In this document: piece by piece, positions 48,313 through 57,907 of the stretch
Layout of the letters: each line of letters starts with the position of its first letter
Position numbering within the stretch: the first letter of the stretch is position 1
Source of the DNA: a virus
Length of the DNA stretch: 64,000 bases
Reading direction: 5' to 3' (one strand)
Virus record (IMG/VR): IMGVR_UViG_3300032220_000872
Coordinates: 19,838-83,837 of that record
Notes under the pieces: generated by a model
What the model saw: the letters and a program-made list of their open reading frames with translations, nothing else
Databases searched by the model: none
Told to the model about the DNA's origin: nothing
Translations under genes and position numbers: made by a program

Positions 48313-48602
48313 TATTTCTTATCTCCAGTCACTGGTGCTGCAGCTGGTTTGTTTGCTGTTTGAGCTGCTTGTTGTTGAGCTTGAATAGCATTTAAAAAAG
48401 ATTCAAGTTTGTTGTATGTGGTGCCTACCGCTTGCATTTCTGCTGCTTTGAATGCACCTCTTTGTGATGCCACATCGATGATGGCTTTGATTGTGTTTAA
48501 ATCCTGCACAGTGAGATCACCTGATTTGTTGTCTGGAGCTCCAGCAGGAGTGGCAGCTTTGGCCTGCTCAGGCGCCACTGCAGTTTTTGTTTGTTCGTTC
48601 AT
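48312..48602 (-). CDS. Hypothetical phage protein
   Basis: 96-aa ORF with AAGGAG SD and TAAATA at 48633-48638. Confidence 0.7.
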   Translation of the reverse strand: MNEQTKTAVAPEQAKAATPAGAPDNKSGDLTVQDLNTIKAIIDVASQRGAFKAAEMQAVGTTYNKLESFLNAIQAQQQAAQTANKPAAAPVTGDKK

Positions 48603-48635
48603 TTTGGTTTCTCCTTTTGTATATACAGCAGTTAT

Positions 48636-48920
48636 TTAACTGTTGATAATATAAGGGCAACCTAAAGTGAATAGAGTGAGTTCTTTGGAGTCTTCAAAAC
48701 CAATTTTGATGGCATACTCCACTTTCTTATCCTGGGAGTTCTGTACCATTTTTCCTGTGTAGAATCTGCCTTTGAGATTGATGCGTATCCAATCATCCAA
48801 TTTGTCCTGCACACCATAATCAAATCGGATCTGCATATAAGTGAAATGTGGCAGTGGTTTTACCACTTTCCTAATACCAAAAAAATTTAGAGCATTGGGC
48901 TCACCATTTTTTTGCAACAT
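48636..48920 (-). CDS. Hypothetical phage protein
   Basis: 94-aa ORF coupled (TGATG) to the VWA gene. Confidence 0.65.
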   Translation of the reverse strand: MLQKNGEPNALNFFGIRKVVKPLPHFTYMQIRFDYGVQDKLDDWIRINLKGRFYTGKMVQNSQDKKVEYAIKIGFEDSKELTLFTLGCPYIINS

Positions 48921-50161
48921 CAGTCCTCGTATTTGGTAGTGATGCCGAATGGTGCTTCGATTTTTTCGTTGTGGTTGTCGTGTATCACAAACACTGTGTC
49001 ACAATAGTGAGGATCTCCCCAGCTGTCGTAGGTATATCCATCTGTGAACATGATTAATCTTTTGGGCACAATATCATTTTTTTTCATGTAATCCCAATTG
49101 CACATAAAATCTGTACCGCCACCACCTGTGATTTCATACTGGCTGATGTCACCATCATTGGGACCGTAATCTTTTTCATTGTACACTTCAGTGTCAAAAG
49201 TCCATACTTTTATTCTGTAATCTTTGTATTGATCCATGATAGATTTGATTTCACTCAGAAACACTGTCAATTGTTTTTCACTGATGGATCCGCTGGCATC
49301 AATGGCCACAGCAACATCTATGGTTTGTTCAAACTGAGAACCTGGCAATACCACACCTGAATGCCATCCTTTACGGCTGGGTCTCATAAAACTGTAATCA
49401 CTTTTAACTGTGCTTTGAATTTGTGTTTGCAGTATTTCTCTCCAATTCATTTTAGGATTTGTCATACTCTGCACAATTCTTTCCACTTCTTTGGGAAGAT
49501 TACCTGCACCTGCTGCCTGTGCAGATTGCAATATAGAATCTTTAATTTCATCTCGTATTTTTCTTAATTCTTCTTTGCTGAATGCGGGCTTTTTTTGTTT
49601 GCCACCGTCTTTGTTATCTTTATTGTCTTTGCCACCACCATTGCTTTGGTCATCATTCCAATCCAAATGTTCATCCAACAGTTGACCCAATTTTTGCAAT
49701 TGTTTTTCATCATATTTTTTATAAATTTCATCATATACTTTTTCTGAACTCCACCCTTCATATTTAAAATCTTGGAAGATTGGAATATCTTTGGGTTTTT
49801 CACCAATGTTGTCTCTCACTAATGTGTTGTTCACAATGTAATCACAAGCCACATTATATATTTGTCTATCTCTTTGTTCAGTTCTACCAATGTGATCAAA
49901 CACACAATGAAGTATTTCGTGTGCTATCACAAATTCAATTTCTCTAGCAGAAAGTTTGCTGAAAAACTTGGTATTGTAGTAAAGATTTTTGCCATCAGTG
50001 GCTGCTGTGGGACACCAATCATCACATTCTTGAATGCCCAATCTAGTGGCCATGTTGCCAAAGAAAGGATGTCTCAACAACAGTCCTACTCTTGCCACAA
50101 TAATTTTATCCAACACTTCTTGTTGTAGTTTGTTTAATTTTTCTTGCTGTTTTGTGTTCAT
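48920..50161 (-). CDS. Metallopeptidase-like + VWA domain protein (DUF2201 type)
   Basis: TAATDG, HEILH (HExxH), MIDAS DASGS, GGGTDF, FTDG. Confidence 0.85.
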   Translation of the reverse strand: MNTKQQEKLNKLQQEVLDKIIVARVGLLLRHPFFGNMATRLGIQECDDWCPTAATDGKNLYYNTKFFSKLSAREIEFVIAHEILHCVFDHIGRTEQRDRQIYNVACDYIVNNTLVRDNIGEKPKDIPIFQDFKYEGWSSEKVYDEIYKKYDEKQLQKLGQLLDEHLDWNDDQSNGGGKDNKDNKDGGKQKKPAFSKEELRKIRDEIKDSILQSAQAAGAGNLPKEVERIVQSMTNPKMNWREILQTQIQSTVKSDYSFMRPSRKGWHSGVVLPGSQFEQTIDVAVAIDASGSISEKQLTVFLSEIKSIMDQYKDYRIKVWTFDTEVYNEKDYGPNDGDISQYEITGGGGTDFMCNWDYMKKNDIVPKRLIMFTDGYTYDSWGDPHYCDTVFVIHDNHNEKIEAPFGITTKYED

Positions 50162-50177
50162 AATTCTTTTAAAGTGT

Positions 50178-50201
50178 ATGGGGCACTGCAGAGTGCCCCA
50201 T
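50178..50201. other. 10-bp perfect hairpin ATGGGGCACT-GCAG-AGTGCCCCAT between the AAA and VWA genes
   Basis: Inverted repeat read directly; no immediate U-tract, so a stabiliser/attenuator is more likely than a strong terminator. Confidence 0.6.
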
Positions 50202-50206
50202 GATGG

Positions 50207-51319
50207 TTACTCTTTAGGAGTGACCTTTTGTGCGGCAATAACGTACTTGCCGTACTTTTCATGAAACTCATCGAAACATTTGATAGAGTCTGGATCAATC
50301 GGTAATTGATATTGTGTAAGAGCAAGTTTAATGCCCATCACAACAATTTCAGTATCGAAGTTATCCATAGCAAATCTAAGAAATTTATTAACTTTGTCAT
50401 TAAACTTCTTATCTTTCTTATCACATGCGTCTTTCAGTTCGTAGCAAAGGGAGACTGTTAAGGAATACATGGCACTGATTTCTTTAGTCTTCATTTTTTC
50501 TACCTTCCCTGACAAGATGTCAGATGGATTTGGTAGGTCCTTAGCCACTTTTCTGTGAGCCATGAATTTTACTGCTAGTCCTTCGCCCACTGCTCCACTC
50601 ACTAGATCGGCTGTGGTATTCTCGTCCAATTCGTCAGATAACAATTCACTGACAAATGCCCAAGATCTGGGAGTTGCGAATGATCTGCCTGAACTCTTAG
50701 GTTCAAAATCGTATAAATCTTTCTTGCTGAATGTTAAGAACCCCACCACATCTTTGTGTATGTTGTTCTGTACAGCCCATTGAAACCAATCATCAAAATC
50801 CACTTTCATTTCTATATGGATAAATCTATTGGCCAATGGTGCAGGCATTCTGTATGTGATACCTCTGTCCGCTTCTCTATTACCAGCGGCAATAATAACC
50901 ACATTTTCAGGCAGCCTGTATGTGCCCACTCTTCTGTTTAGGATCAATTGATATGCTGCCGCTTGAACTGATGGAGCGGCTGAATTCATTTCATCCAAAA
51001 ATAATATAATTCTTTTGTGTTTTTTTGAAAATTCTTCTGTGGGTAATTCACTGGGTGATGCCCAAATCATATTATTTTCTTTGGCATTGTAATAAGGTAT
51101 GCCTTTAATATCTGTGGGTTCCCATAAGCTCAATCTGATGTCTATCACGTGAGCATCGATGGTTTGAGCAATTTGATGCACGATGTCTGATTTACCAATA
51201 CCAGGTGCTCCCCATAAAAATAATGGACGTTTTTTGTTGATTGCGTGTGTTATGCTGTTTTTAGCATTGTTGGGACTGATCTGTCTAACTGCTAAACTGT
51301 CTTTGTCTGCTTTGGCCAT
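50207..51319 (-). CDS. MoxR-like AAA+ ATPase
   Basis: Walker A GAPGIGKS, Walker B LFLDEMN, AAGN sensor, LANRF Arg finger, TPRSW. Confidence 0.9.
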   Translation of the reverse strand: MAKADKDSLAVRQISPNNAKNSITHAINKKRPLFLWGAPGIGKSDIVHQIAQTIDAHVIDIRLSLWEPTDIKGIPYYNAKENNMIWASPSELPTEEFSKKHKRIILFLDEMNSAAPSVQAAAYQLILNRRVGTYRLPENVVIIAAGNREADRGITYRMPAPLANRFIHIEMKVDFDDWFQWAVQNNIHKDVVGFLTFSKKDLYDFEPKSSGRSFATPRSWAFVSELLSDELDENTTADLVSGAVGEGLAVKFMAHRKVAKDLPNPSDILSGKVEKMKTKEISAMYSLTVSLCYELKDACDKKDKKFNDKVNKFLRFAMDNFDTEIVVMGIKLALTQYQLPIDPDSIKCFDEFHEKYGKYVIAAQKVTPKE

Positions 51320-51364
51320 GTTGTACTCCTTTTATGTTTGTTTCAGTGCCTTAGTGTTATGTAC

Positions 51365-51393
51365 ATAATAGCATCTGTGGCCGAAGAAGTCAA
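51365..51393 (-). promoter_or_regulatory. Sigma70-type promoter TTGACT-17-TATTAT with extended -10 TG
   Basis: Read on - strand upstream of the AAA gene, which has an AAGGAG SD. Confidence 0.75.
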
Positions 51394-51458
51394 ACTTTTT
51401 TGGAAGAAAAAAGTGTTCAGATTCAGTGGTTTAAAACTGTTGTGTATTGTGGATAATT

Positions 51459-51845
51459 TTAGGATTCTAATGGTCTGGACATGGCTTTGATCAAACCATA
51501 CTTGCGTATATCACCTGAAAATAAGTGAAGTTCCATGGCTTTTTTCTCATTGGTCACAATGATGCCATCTGCTGCTAGATAGTATGGACAGTCTATGAAT
51601 TTGTCTAGGAATATCAACACCTGTGTGGTGATAGTGAATTCCTGTGGAAAAGGCACATCATAAGTGTGCAATTGCAAGCGATCCTGCACAAACTTTAAAC
51701 CTTCTTCAGTGAGACGCAATCCTCCTTCATCTTTCACACGACTGTTGCGCCACCAGATAGGCATGTATTCACGTATGGTGCTGTCTGTGATAGTGATGTT
51801 GGCCTGCTGCAGGAAAATTTTAGTGTAGGTAGTTTTCCAGTCCAT
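51459..51845 (-). CDS. Hypothetical phage protein
   Basis: 128-aa ORF, TAATG coupling; GLRLTEEG motif suggests a winged-helix-like fold (weak). Confidence 0.65.
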   Translation of the reverse strand: MDWKTTYTKIFLQQANITITDSTIREYMPIWWRNSRVKDEGGLRLTEEGLKFVQDRLQLHTYDVPFPQEFTITTQVLIFLDKFIDCPYYLAADGIIVTNEKKAMELHLFSGDIRKYGLIKAMSRPLES

Positions 51846-52135
51846 TATTTTTCGGTGACTGTTTCACCTTGTGTGAGTTTGACCACTGTGAAATCCTGCA
51901 CATTGAAAAGAGTGTTGAGTTTTTTGGCAAGATTGAATGCATGTCCTGGATTGGAAAAAGAAACCTTCTTGTATTTGGGACCAGGATAATTGGTGGTCAT
52001 GTTGGATGATTTAAGATTGAATGGTTTGTTCTTGTAAAACACTGCCCAGATGGCTTCTGCATCCAAAACTTGTTCGGATTTGTAGTCTTTTTTATTAACG
52101 TTCTCCAAAAGAACTGTAGGCTTGGGTCTACTCAT
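51845..52135 (-). CDS. Hypothetical phage protein
   Basis: MSRPKP start with AAGGA SD; TAAATA at 52166-52171 upstream. Confidence 0.7.
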   Translation of the reverse strand: MSRPKPTVLLENVNKKDYKSEQVLDAEAIWAVFYKNKPFNLKSSNMTTNYPGPKYKKVSFSNPGHAFNLAKKLNTLFNVQDFTVVKLTQGETVTEK

Positions 52136-52201
52136 GTTTTCCTTGTGAACTGAGTTAAGCACGTATATTTATGTCTTTTGGTAAGATATTTTTTTGGTAC
52201 A

Positions 52202-52217
52202 GTGGTGCGGACACCAC
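52202..52217. terminator. Small hairpin GTGGTG-CGGA-CACCAC, possible terminator
   Basis: 6-bp inverted repeat just downstream of the 52228..52440 stop; weak U-tract. Confidence 0.35.
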
Positions 52218-52227
52218 AAAATTTATG

Positions 52228-52440
52228 CTAAAACAAGGTGTATAGCAGCACACACACCAGTGCAATTGTAGACATCAAACTGATGCCAAGCAAGGGAAAA
52301 AACGCCTTTAATTTGAATCTAATCCACATGTTTTCGCCCTCTTCTTGGAAGTATTCAGGAGCAGTCATGTAAGGATTAAAATGATTGTTGGGTAGATTGG
52401 TACTGGCTATCTGCTCTATTTCTTTGTCAGTAATGCTCAC
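52228..52440 (-). CDS. Small membrane protein
   Basis: 70 aa with a C-terminal hydrophobic helix; GTGA overlap with the upstream gene. Confidence 0.55.
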   Translation of the reverse strand: MSITDKEIEQIASTNLPNNHFNPYMTAPEYFQEEGENMWIRFKLKAFFPLLGISLMSTIALVCVLLYTLF

Positions 52441-52667
52441 AGTTTGCCCCCATCCATCTGTATCTGTATGGTTTCTTCTTTGTCTTTTTTGGTCAACAGT
52501 TCTTCATAATTGCCTGCCAATCTACTCATCACAATGCCCAGTGTGTAGGCCACATTTTTAGCAGTGGCAATGTCAATTTTTACTTCTTTTTGATTGCTTT
52601 GATCAGCCACTTTGATCTGTTGTATCAATTGTTGCAAAGGTGCTGTGTTAATGGGTGCATTACTCAT
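52437..52667 (-). CDS. Hypothetical phage protein
   Basis: Short ORF overlapping both neighbours. Confidence 0.6.
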   Translation of the reverse strand: MSNAPINTAPLQQLIQQIKVADQSNQKEVKIDIATAKNVAYTLGIVMSRLAGNYEELLTKKDKEETIQIQMDGGKL

Positions 52668-53166
52668 TTGTTGTGTGTCCTTCCTGTTTGTTGGCACTGC
52701 TGAGTTCTTGTTTCATTTCCAGCAATGTTTTGAATGGTCCTTTGTTGGGATATCTGTCTATGGTGAGCAGTTTGGGACAGAAACTTTTGACCCACCCTTT
52801 TTCAAATTTAATAATGTAATATCCAGCACAATACAGTGATTTGGATTTTTTACTTTTGGTGAACAATGGCAATTTCTTCTGCACGTCAAACACTGGATTA
52901 CAAGGTTCAAATTTAGTGGGATATCCATACACTGTGTTGATGTCTGCAATGGATTCTTGAGTAACAGTCACAGTGGTATTACCCCACAACCAATCACCTT
53001 TGAATTCTTGTCGCAATTGTTGTTCAGTGTCAAACATTTTTGTACCAGTGGCACAACTGAACATATATCTGTGATCTTCTTGACGACACAGTGTGCCTAA
53101 CTTAATACCTTCAGATTCCAGTATCCAAAATTTGCCGTCCAATATAGGTTTAGCAATCACTGTCAT
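52660..53166 (-). CDS. Hypothetical phage protein
   Basis: 168-aa ORF coupled to the RNase H gene. Confidence 0.7.
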   Translation of the reverse strand: MTVIAKPILDGKFWILESEGIKLGTLCRQEDHRYMFSCATGTKMFDTEQQLRQEFKGDWLWGNTTVTVTQESIADINTVYGYPTKFEPCNPVFDVQKKLPLFTKSKKSKSLYCAGYYIIKFEKGWVKSFCPKLLTIDRYPNKGPFKTLLEMKQELSSANKQEGHTTNE

Positions 53167-54164
53167 GCTGTGACCTCTTCTGTTGCTTTGTATTTTGCAT
53201 TCAATGGTTCAGCATAACTCTGTGCTTGGTCCACAATTCTTTGCATGTCCCATTTGGCACAAAATTTAATCAATTTGATTCCCACTTGTTCCACTGCTTT
53301 GGGGTTGGCTGCTTCTGCCACAGTTTGAGCCATAATTTGTTTTATTTCATCTGGTTGTGCTCGTAAATCGCACAATATAACATTTCTATTGTAATCATCC
53401 AATACTCTGTGTTCCACACCTTCGTGATCCATCCATCTCTGTAACATCATATTGTTCCAATTGAATCCTTTGTTCTTTCTATCTTCATATGCTTCACGCA
53501 GACCCACTTTGGTCTTGGTACCTTTGGTTCTCACTCCTGGAAAAGCAGAAAATATATTGTCTGTGCTGTCTCCACGCACACATTTTTCAAACAATTGCCA
53601 TTCTGGTTCAGGTGCTGTTTTGTTTTCGCCTGTTTTGTTGTCTTTCACAGCATTGCCTTTTTGATCAAAGTACCCTTCATGAGTGATGGTTACTTCTGAA
53701 ATACCATTGAATTGCTTCACATTAGGAGAAATCAGTTGAGCAAAATCACTGTCTGTGCTGATGATCACATGCTGATCTTTGGGATGAGCTTGTATCCAAG
53801 CAGATATTAAATCATCTGCTTCCAATCTTGGATTTTGTAACACTGTACAATTGGTTTTGTTCTGTATAAATTCTTTAAAATTATCGAAAGTTTCCCAAAA
53901 TACTGTCTCTTCTTCTTTCTCTTTGGCAGTGAGTGCTGCACGTGCATCACTTCTGTTGCGTTTGTAAGGTGCGTAAAAATCTTTGCGCCAACTGCGTCCT
54001 TCCAAACAAAATACCACGTGATCACCTTTAAAGTCTTTCCATACTTTTCTTACACCATTTAAAGTAATATGTAGAGCCATACCTATTTTTTCCGCCACAT
54101 CTCCATTGGTCACATGGCGTGATCTAAAAAATACATTGGCTAAATCCACAAGTAAGTAAGTCAT
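53163..54164 (-). CDS. rnh: T4-type RNase H / 5'-3' (FEN-like) exonuclease
   Basis: LLVD..N, SWRK.FY..YK.NR, EADD, ISTDSDF.QL, GDSTDNI motifs. Confidence 0.85.
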   Translation of the reverse strand: MTYLLVDLANVFFRSRHVTNGDVAEKIGMALHITLNGVRKVWKDFKGDHVVFCLEGRSWRKDFYAPYKRNRSDARAALTAKEKEEETVFWETFDNFKEFIQNKTNCTVLQNPRLEADDLISAWIQAHPKDQHVIISTDSDFAQLISPNVKQFNGISEVTITHEGYFDQKGNAVKDNKTGENKTAPEPEWQLFEKCVRGDSTDNIFSAFPGVRTKGTKTKVGLREAYEDRKNKGFNWNNMMLQRWMDHEGVEHRVLDDYNRNVILCDLRAQPDEIKQIMAQTVAEAANPKAVEQVGIKLIKFCAKWDMQRIVDQAQSYAEPLNAKYKATEEVTA

Positions 54165-54553
54165 TAACTAATTTCTGATCTATCTTTTCCTAATTTATTA
54201 ACATTGATATAACCAGCTCCACGTGTAGCATCTTGTCCTTGTTCCTGTAACACATTTCTAGTGACTTCTCTAAACCATCCTTCCACTATTTCTTCATTGG
54301 TTTCACCTTTGTATCCTGCTGTGATCAGTTCTTCTATGAAAGCATTGTTCCAATCCAGTTCAAAAAATCCATTTCTGATGTTTTCTTTGTTCACATGAGT
54401 TTCCAACACTGCCACCCAAGGCTTACCTGCTTTGGTTGCTGCTTCCTTTTCACGCAATAATGCTTGATGTGATTCGCTTTTGTTTTCAGTTGCGTCTTCT
54501 TTTTTAAATATTTTTTTAACTTTATCAAATATTCCCATATCTTTTCCCTCCAT
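54164..54553 (-). CDS. Hypothetical phage protein
   Basis: ORF coupled to queE (TAATG); alternative start at 54538. Confidence 0.65.
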   Translation of the reverse strand: MEGKDMGIFDKVKKIFKKEDATENKSESHQALLREKEAATKAGKPWVAVLETHVNKENIRNGFFELDWNNAFIEELITAGYKGETNEEIVEGWFREVTRNVLQEQGQDATRGAGYINVNKLGKDRSEIS

Positions 54554-55413
54554 TATGTACCCCATGCATTTTTAAACAATGGCACCTGTAATCTATCACT
54601 GTATCTATATCCCATCTTCATTGCCAGTTCTGCCACTGTTCTATTGTTCATATGATAGACACTTTCTACTCCACCCACAGGCATCAGATACACTGATCCC
54701 GAGAATCCTGCTGCTCGATAATCTGCCACTGCTTGAATTGCTTCTTCAGCATCTTCTCGGGTAGCCACCACAAATTTCAAATACACATGACCCACTTCAC
54801 CATATTCTGCCACCACTTCAGGCAGTATGGCTTCTTCTCTTTTCTCTCCACTCACACTTAATTTTGCACTCACAGAGAATGTTATGGATTCTTTGCTTCT
54901 ACCGTTTTTCTGACTCCATTCAGTGAGATATTTTTTAAAATCTGCATGTAATTTTTGTGTGCCATTGGTTTCAAAAGTGATTTCTTTTAAACCTTGCATC
55001 TTCACATGTTCCAATACATCTGGGTATGATCTCTGCCAACCCAACAATGGTTCACCGCCTGTGAATATAAAATGTTCATCCACCCATCGTTTATGAGGCA
55101 ATATTTCCATTGTTCTTTCCACAATGGCATCTGATGTCAGCATGGGAGATAAATCTTTGAATCGTGGATCCCATGATGCATATGAATCACAGCCTGTGTT
55201 TACTAAAGGCAGCTCTTCATAACTCTTAAAAGGAAATTGTTTGTGCTGTTCGAATACTTTGTCATTCTCATCACTACGCATGCCTCTGGGCAATCCAAAT
55301 CCAGCACAAGTAAAATTACAGCCAAATGTTCTTAAGAACACCGAAGGCACACCCATATAGCGACCTTCTCCTTGTATGCTGTAAAATAATTCTGCTATTT
55401 TAATTTTGCTCAT
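54553..55413 (-). CDS. queE: 7-carboxy-7-deazaguanine synthase (radical SAM)
   Basis: ELFYSIQGEG..G.PSVFLR.FGCN..C, TGGEPLL, ETNGT, SVSAK, YLMP, RLQV. Confidence 0.9.
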   Translation of the reverse strand: MSKIKIAELFYSIQGEGRYMGVPSVFLRTFGCNFTCAGFGLPRGMRSDENDKVFEQHKQFPFKSYEELPLVNTGCDSYASWDPRFKDLSPMLTSDAIVERTMEILPHKRWVDEHFIFTGGEPLLGWQRSYPDVLEHVKMQGLKEITFETNGTQKLHADFKKYLTEWSQKNGRSKESITFSVSAKLSVSGEKREEAILPEVVAEYGEVGHVYLKFVVATREDAEEAIQAVADYRAAGFSGSVYLMPVGGVESVYHMNNRTVAELAMKMGYRYSDRLQVPLFKNAWGT

Positions 55414-55580
55414 TATACTAATTCTTCTGCTATTCCTAATAATTCTGCCAGTATGAATAAAAATCCAGCAGTGACAAAATGTCCAAATACTAAACTTAAT
55501 CCTGCAATGATTCTAAATCCACTTTTGATCAGTGATATGTAAAAATGTCCTCGGCTGGTATCTTTAGGCTGTATGTTCAT
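55413..55580 (-). CDS. Small membrane protein
   Basis: ~55 aa, two hydrophobic helices, AELLGIAEELV ending. Confidence 0.55.
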   Translation of the reverse strand: MNIQPKDTSRGHFYISLIKSGFRIIAGLSLVFGHFVTAGFLFILAELLGIAEELV

Positions 55581-55770
55581 GTTTAATTTCTCCCAATGGG
55601 GTTGAAGTGGATGAATCAATATAATCTTCTCCTGAATTGTTATAATCTCTCTGCACAGTTTCTTTAATTAGAATGCCATCTTTAACTTTGTAAGTGACTA
55701 ATTCTTGTTTGATAACACCTGTGGTATCACCTCGGAATGCTGCGTAGAATGGTCCTTCTTTATTTGTCAT
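55564..55770 (-). CDS. Hypothetical protein
   Basis: 68-aa ORF with AGGAG SD. Confidence 0.6.
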   Translation of the reverse strand: MTNKEGPFYAAFRGDTTGVIKQELVTYKVKDGILIKETVQRDYNNSGEDYIDSSTSTPLGEIKHEHTA

Positions 55771-55779
55771 CTGTGTCTC

Positions 55780-56466
55780 CTATCTTGGTGCAAATTGTTG
55801 TTGAAGGTTAATATTATCCATAAATTCTTTTTTAGTGCCAGCATCATCTTTGAAAGCACCTTTTAACACAGTGGTCTGAGTCAATGAACTGTGTGCCATA
55901 ATGCCTCTGTTTTCACAACAGCCATGTGTGGCTTGTATGTACACTCCTATATCTTTGGCTCCTGTGGCCATTTCAATCTCATTGGCAATGTCATTGCACA
56001 GAGATTCTTGCAGTGTGCCTCTTCTAGCACACCATTGAGCTATTCTTGTGTATTTGCTCAATCCTATAACTTTACCATTGGGTATAATTCCAATATATGC
56101 CACGCCACTCACTGGTTGATGATGATGACTGCACACTGATTTCAATTCAGAACGCACCACTAACATGCCTGTGTAAGCATTTTCTCCCACATTGGGAAAT
56201 GCTGTGGCATCGGGTCTAGATTCATATCTTCCACTCATTAATTCTTTCAAATACATCTTGGCCAATCTATGTGCTGTATTTTTGCTATTAGGATCGTTGT
56301 TGGTATCAATCACAAGACTGTTCAGCACAGATGAAAACGATTCAGATAGTTCTTGTTCCAACAGTTCTAATTCACCTGGTTGAATGTGATCTGAAATATT
56401 GTCATCAGCATGATAATTCACGCCAGCCGCAATCAGTCTTTGTTTAATCTTTTCTGATACTTTCAT
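55780..56466 (-). CDS. folE: GTP cyclohydrolase I
   Basis: S.CSHH, IGLSK..R, R..LQE, H.C...RG motifs. Confidence 0.95.
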   Translation of the reverse strand: MKVSEKIKQRLIAAGVNYHADDNISDHIQPGELELLEQELSESFSSVLNSLVIDTNNDPNSKNTAHRLAKMYLKELMSGRYESRPDATAFPNVGENAYTGMLVVRSELKSVCSHHHQPVSGVAYIGIIPNGKVIGLSKYTRIAQWCARRGTLQESLCNDIANEIEMATGAKDIGVYIQATHGCCENRGIMAHSSLTQTTVLKGAFKDDAGTKKEFMDNINLQQQFAPR

Positions 56467-56486
56467 TATACTCCTTATATTGTATT

Positions 56487-56515
56487 ATTTTAACAGATTT
56501 GTTCCAGTTTGTCAA
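56487..56515 (-). promoter_or_regulatory. Sigma70-type promoter TTGACA-17-TAAAAT (extended TG) for folE-queE
   Basis: Read on - strand; AAGGAG SD follows. Confidence 0.75.
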
Positions 56516-57107
56516 TGATTTGTGCCAAAACAATTTGATTACCTTCATCATTGTAATGATTGATCTCCCCTCTGTAGTTAGGCCAGATCATGCTGAAGTC
56601 CAGCAGATTCCGTTCCTCTACAAAATGGTTACTGATACCAAAATTGTCTATGTGTAGACTGGTGATTTGCTCCAATCTTCTGTGTATTTCTCTGCGTAGC
56701 AATCTGTAGATATCTTTTTGGTACTGATCATCATAGTGATATCTAAACCAATTTTTGGCAGTATCTAAACTTTTATTAAACCAACTGTTACGAGATTCAA
56801 TGTCATTTAGAATGAGATCACAATCTTTGTGCAATCCTTCTTTGTGTATGGGATGGTTTGGTGTGTGTACTCTACTGGGACTGGTATGACTCACAATCAC
56901 ACAGTTATAATCATGCTGCCACCAAGGATTAACTTGGGTAAAATCCATCAGCTGTCGTAGTATTTTGTATTCACTCACACCTGCCTGTGCAAGATTAGTC
57001 ACATGATATTTTGTAGCCAATTGACTGGGCCACCCTGTGATACCATTGGGCCATTCACAGGCAAAGCTATCACCAATAATTAAGATTTTTTTTGATTTTT
57101 CATCCAT
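56490..57107 (-). CDS. SGNH/GDSL hydrolase-fold protein
   Basis: IIGDSFA, NLAQAGVSE, C-terminal NHYN..GN. Confidence 0.7.
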   Translation of the reverse strand: MDEKSKKILIIGDSFACEWPNGITGWPSQLATKYHVTNLAQAGVSEYKILRQLMDFTQVNPWWQHDYNCVIVSHTSPSRVHTPNHPIHKEGLHKDCDLILNDIESRNSWFNKSLDTAKNWFRYHYDDQYQKDIYRLLRREIHRRLEQITSLHIDNFGISNHFVEERNLLDFSMIWPNYRGEINHYNDEGNQIVLAQIIDKLEQIC

Positions 57108-57907
57108 GGTATATATTTCTCCACAATCAATTTGTGATAATCAAAATTGTAATGTTCTTTGTCATGCAATAGATAATCAGTGGGATTCACATTATTGTCC
57201 AGCATGAATTGTTCAATGGTTTTTTCTGCCACAGTGGTATTTTTTAATACACCATAATATTCCAAACTCTGGGGCCATCTTAATCTGTTCATGAAATTAA
57301 ACACATAAAGTTTAGCGTTATTATCTGCGCAAATTCTGTCCCAAGCAAACACGTTCAATAGAAAATCACGACGTTCCAAATGTGTGTTCAATTCAAAAAA
57401 CAGTTTGATTTCCATAAAAGTATTTTTCCTTATGTCTGGCTGTTGCAAACCTTCTGTTTCATTGATCTGCAAACCTGGAAATCGATTGTAGTCTTCTGCT
57501 GTGGGTTTATTATACAATTGTACTCGGCCTTCTTTCAATAGTAGATCCAAATATTTTTTTACTGATTCTGTGCTCTGTTCACATTCATGTACAAAATAAT
57601 CCAATGGTAATGCTTCATCTGTGAGTTTCTCATCAAAAGCCAACACAAATCTATTCAATGGTGCCAAACAAACAAACACTTCATCTGTGTCTGGAAATAT
57701 ATTAAACATGTGTTTCATCCAATCAGTGTACATTCTGTTGGTTGTGCCTGCATGTGCATAGATACACACAGGTTTATCGTTCACTGTGTTGTAAATTTCA
57801 GCATAGTTGTTATCATTCCAATAGGTATAACTGCCTGGACCTATTTTGTTAGGCACAGTGACATATCCACAAGTGTGACTGTCTCCTATGAAAAGTGCTC
57901 TGCTCAT
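57080..57907 (-). CDS. SGNH/GDSL hydrolase-fold protein
   Basis: FIGDSHTCG, AGTTN, C-terminal DKEH (DxxH). Confidence 0.7.
   Translation of the reverse strand: MSRALFIGDSHTCGYVTVPNKIGPGSYTYWNDNNYAEIYNTVNDKPVCIYAHAGTTNRMYTDWMKHMFNIFPDTDEVFVCLAPLNRFVLAFDEKLTDEALPLDYFVHECEQSTESVKKYLDLLLKEGRVQLYNKPTAEDYNRFPGLQINETEGLQQPDIRKNTFMEIKLFFELNTHLERRDFLLNVFAWDRICADNNAKLYVFNFMNRLRWPQSLEYYGVLKNTTVAEKTIEQFMLDNNVNPTDYLLHDKEHYNFDYHKLIVEKYIPWMKNQKKS

Noticed and set aside
51320-51458. tRNA or structured ncRNA in the largest intergenic gap
   Set aside because: No cloverleaf or T-loop motif; the gap is accounted for by a sigma70 promoter, an AT-rich upstream element and the leader
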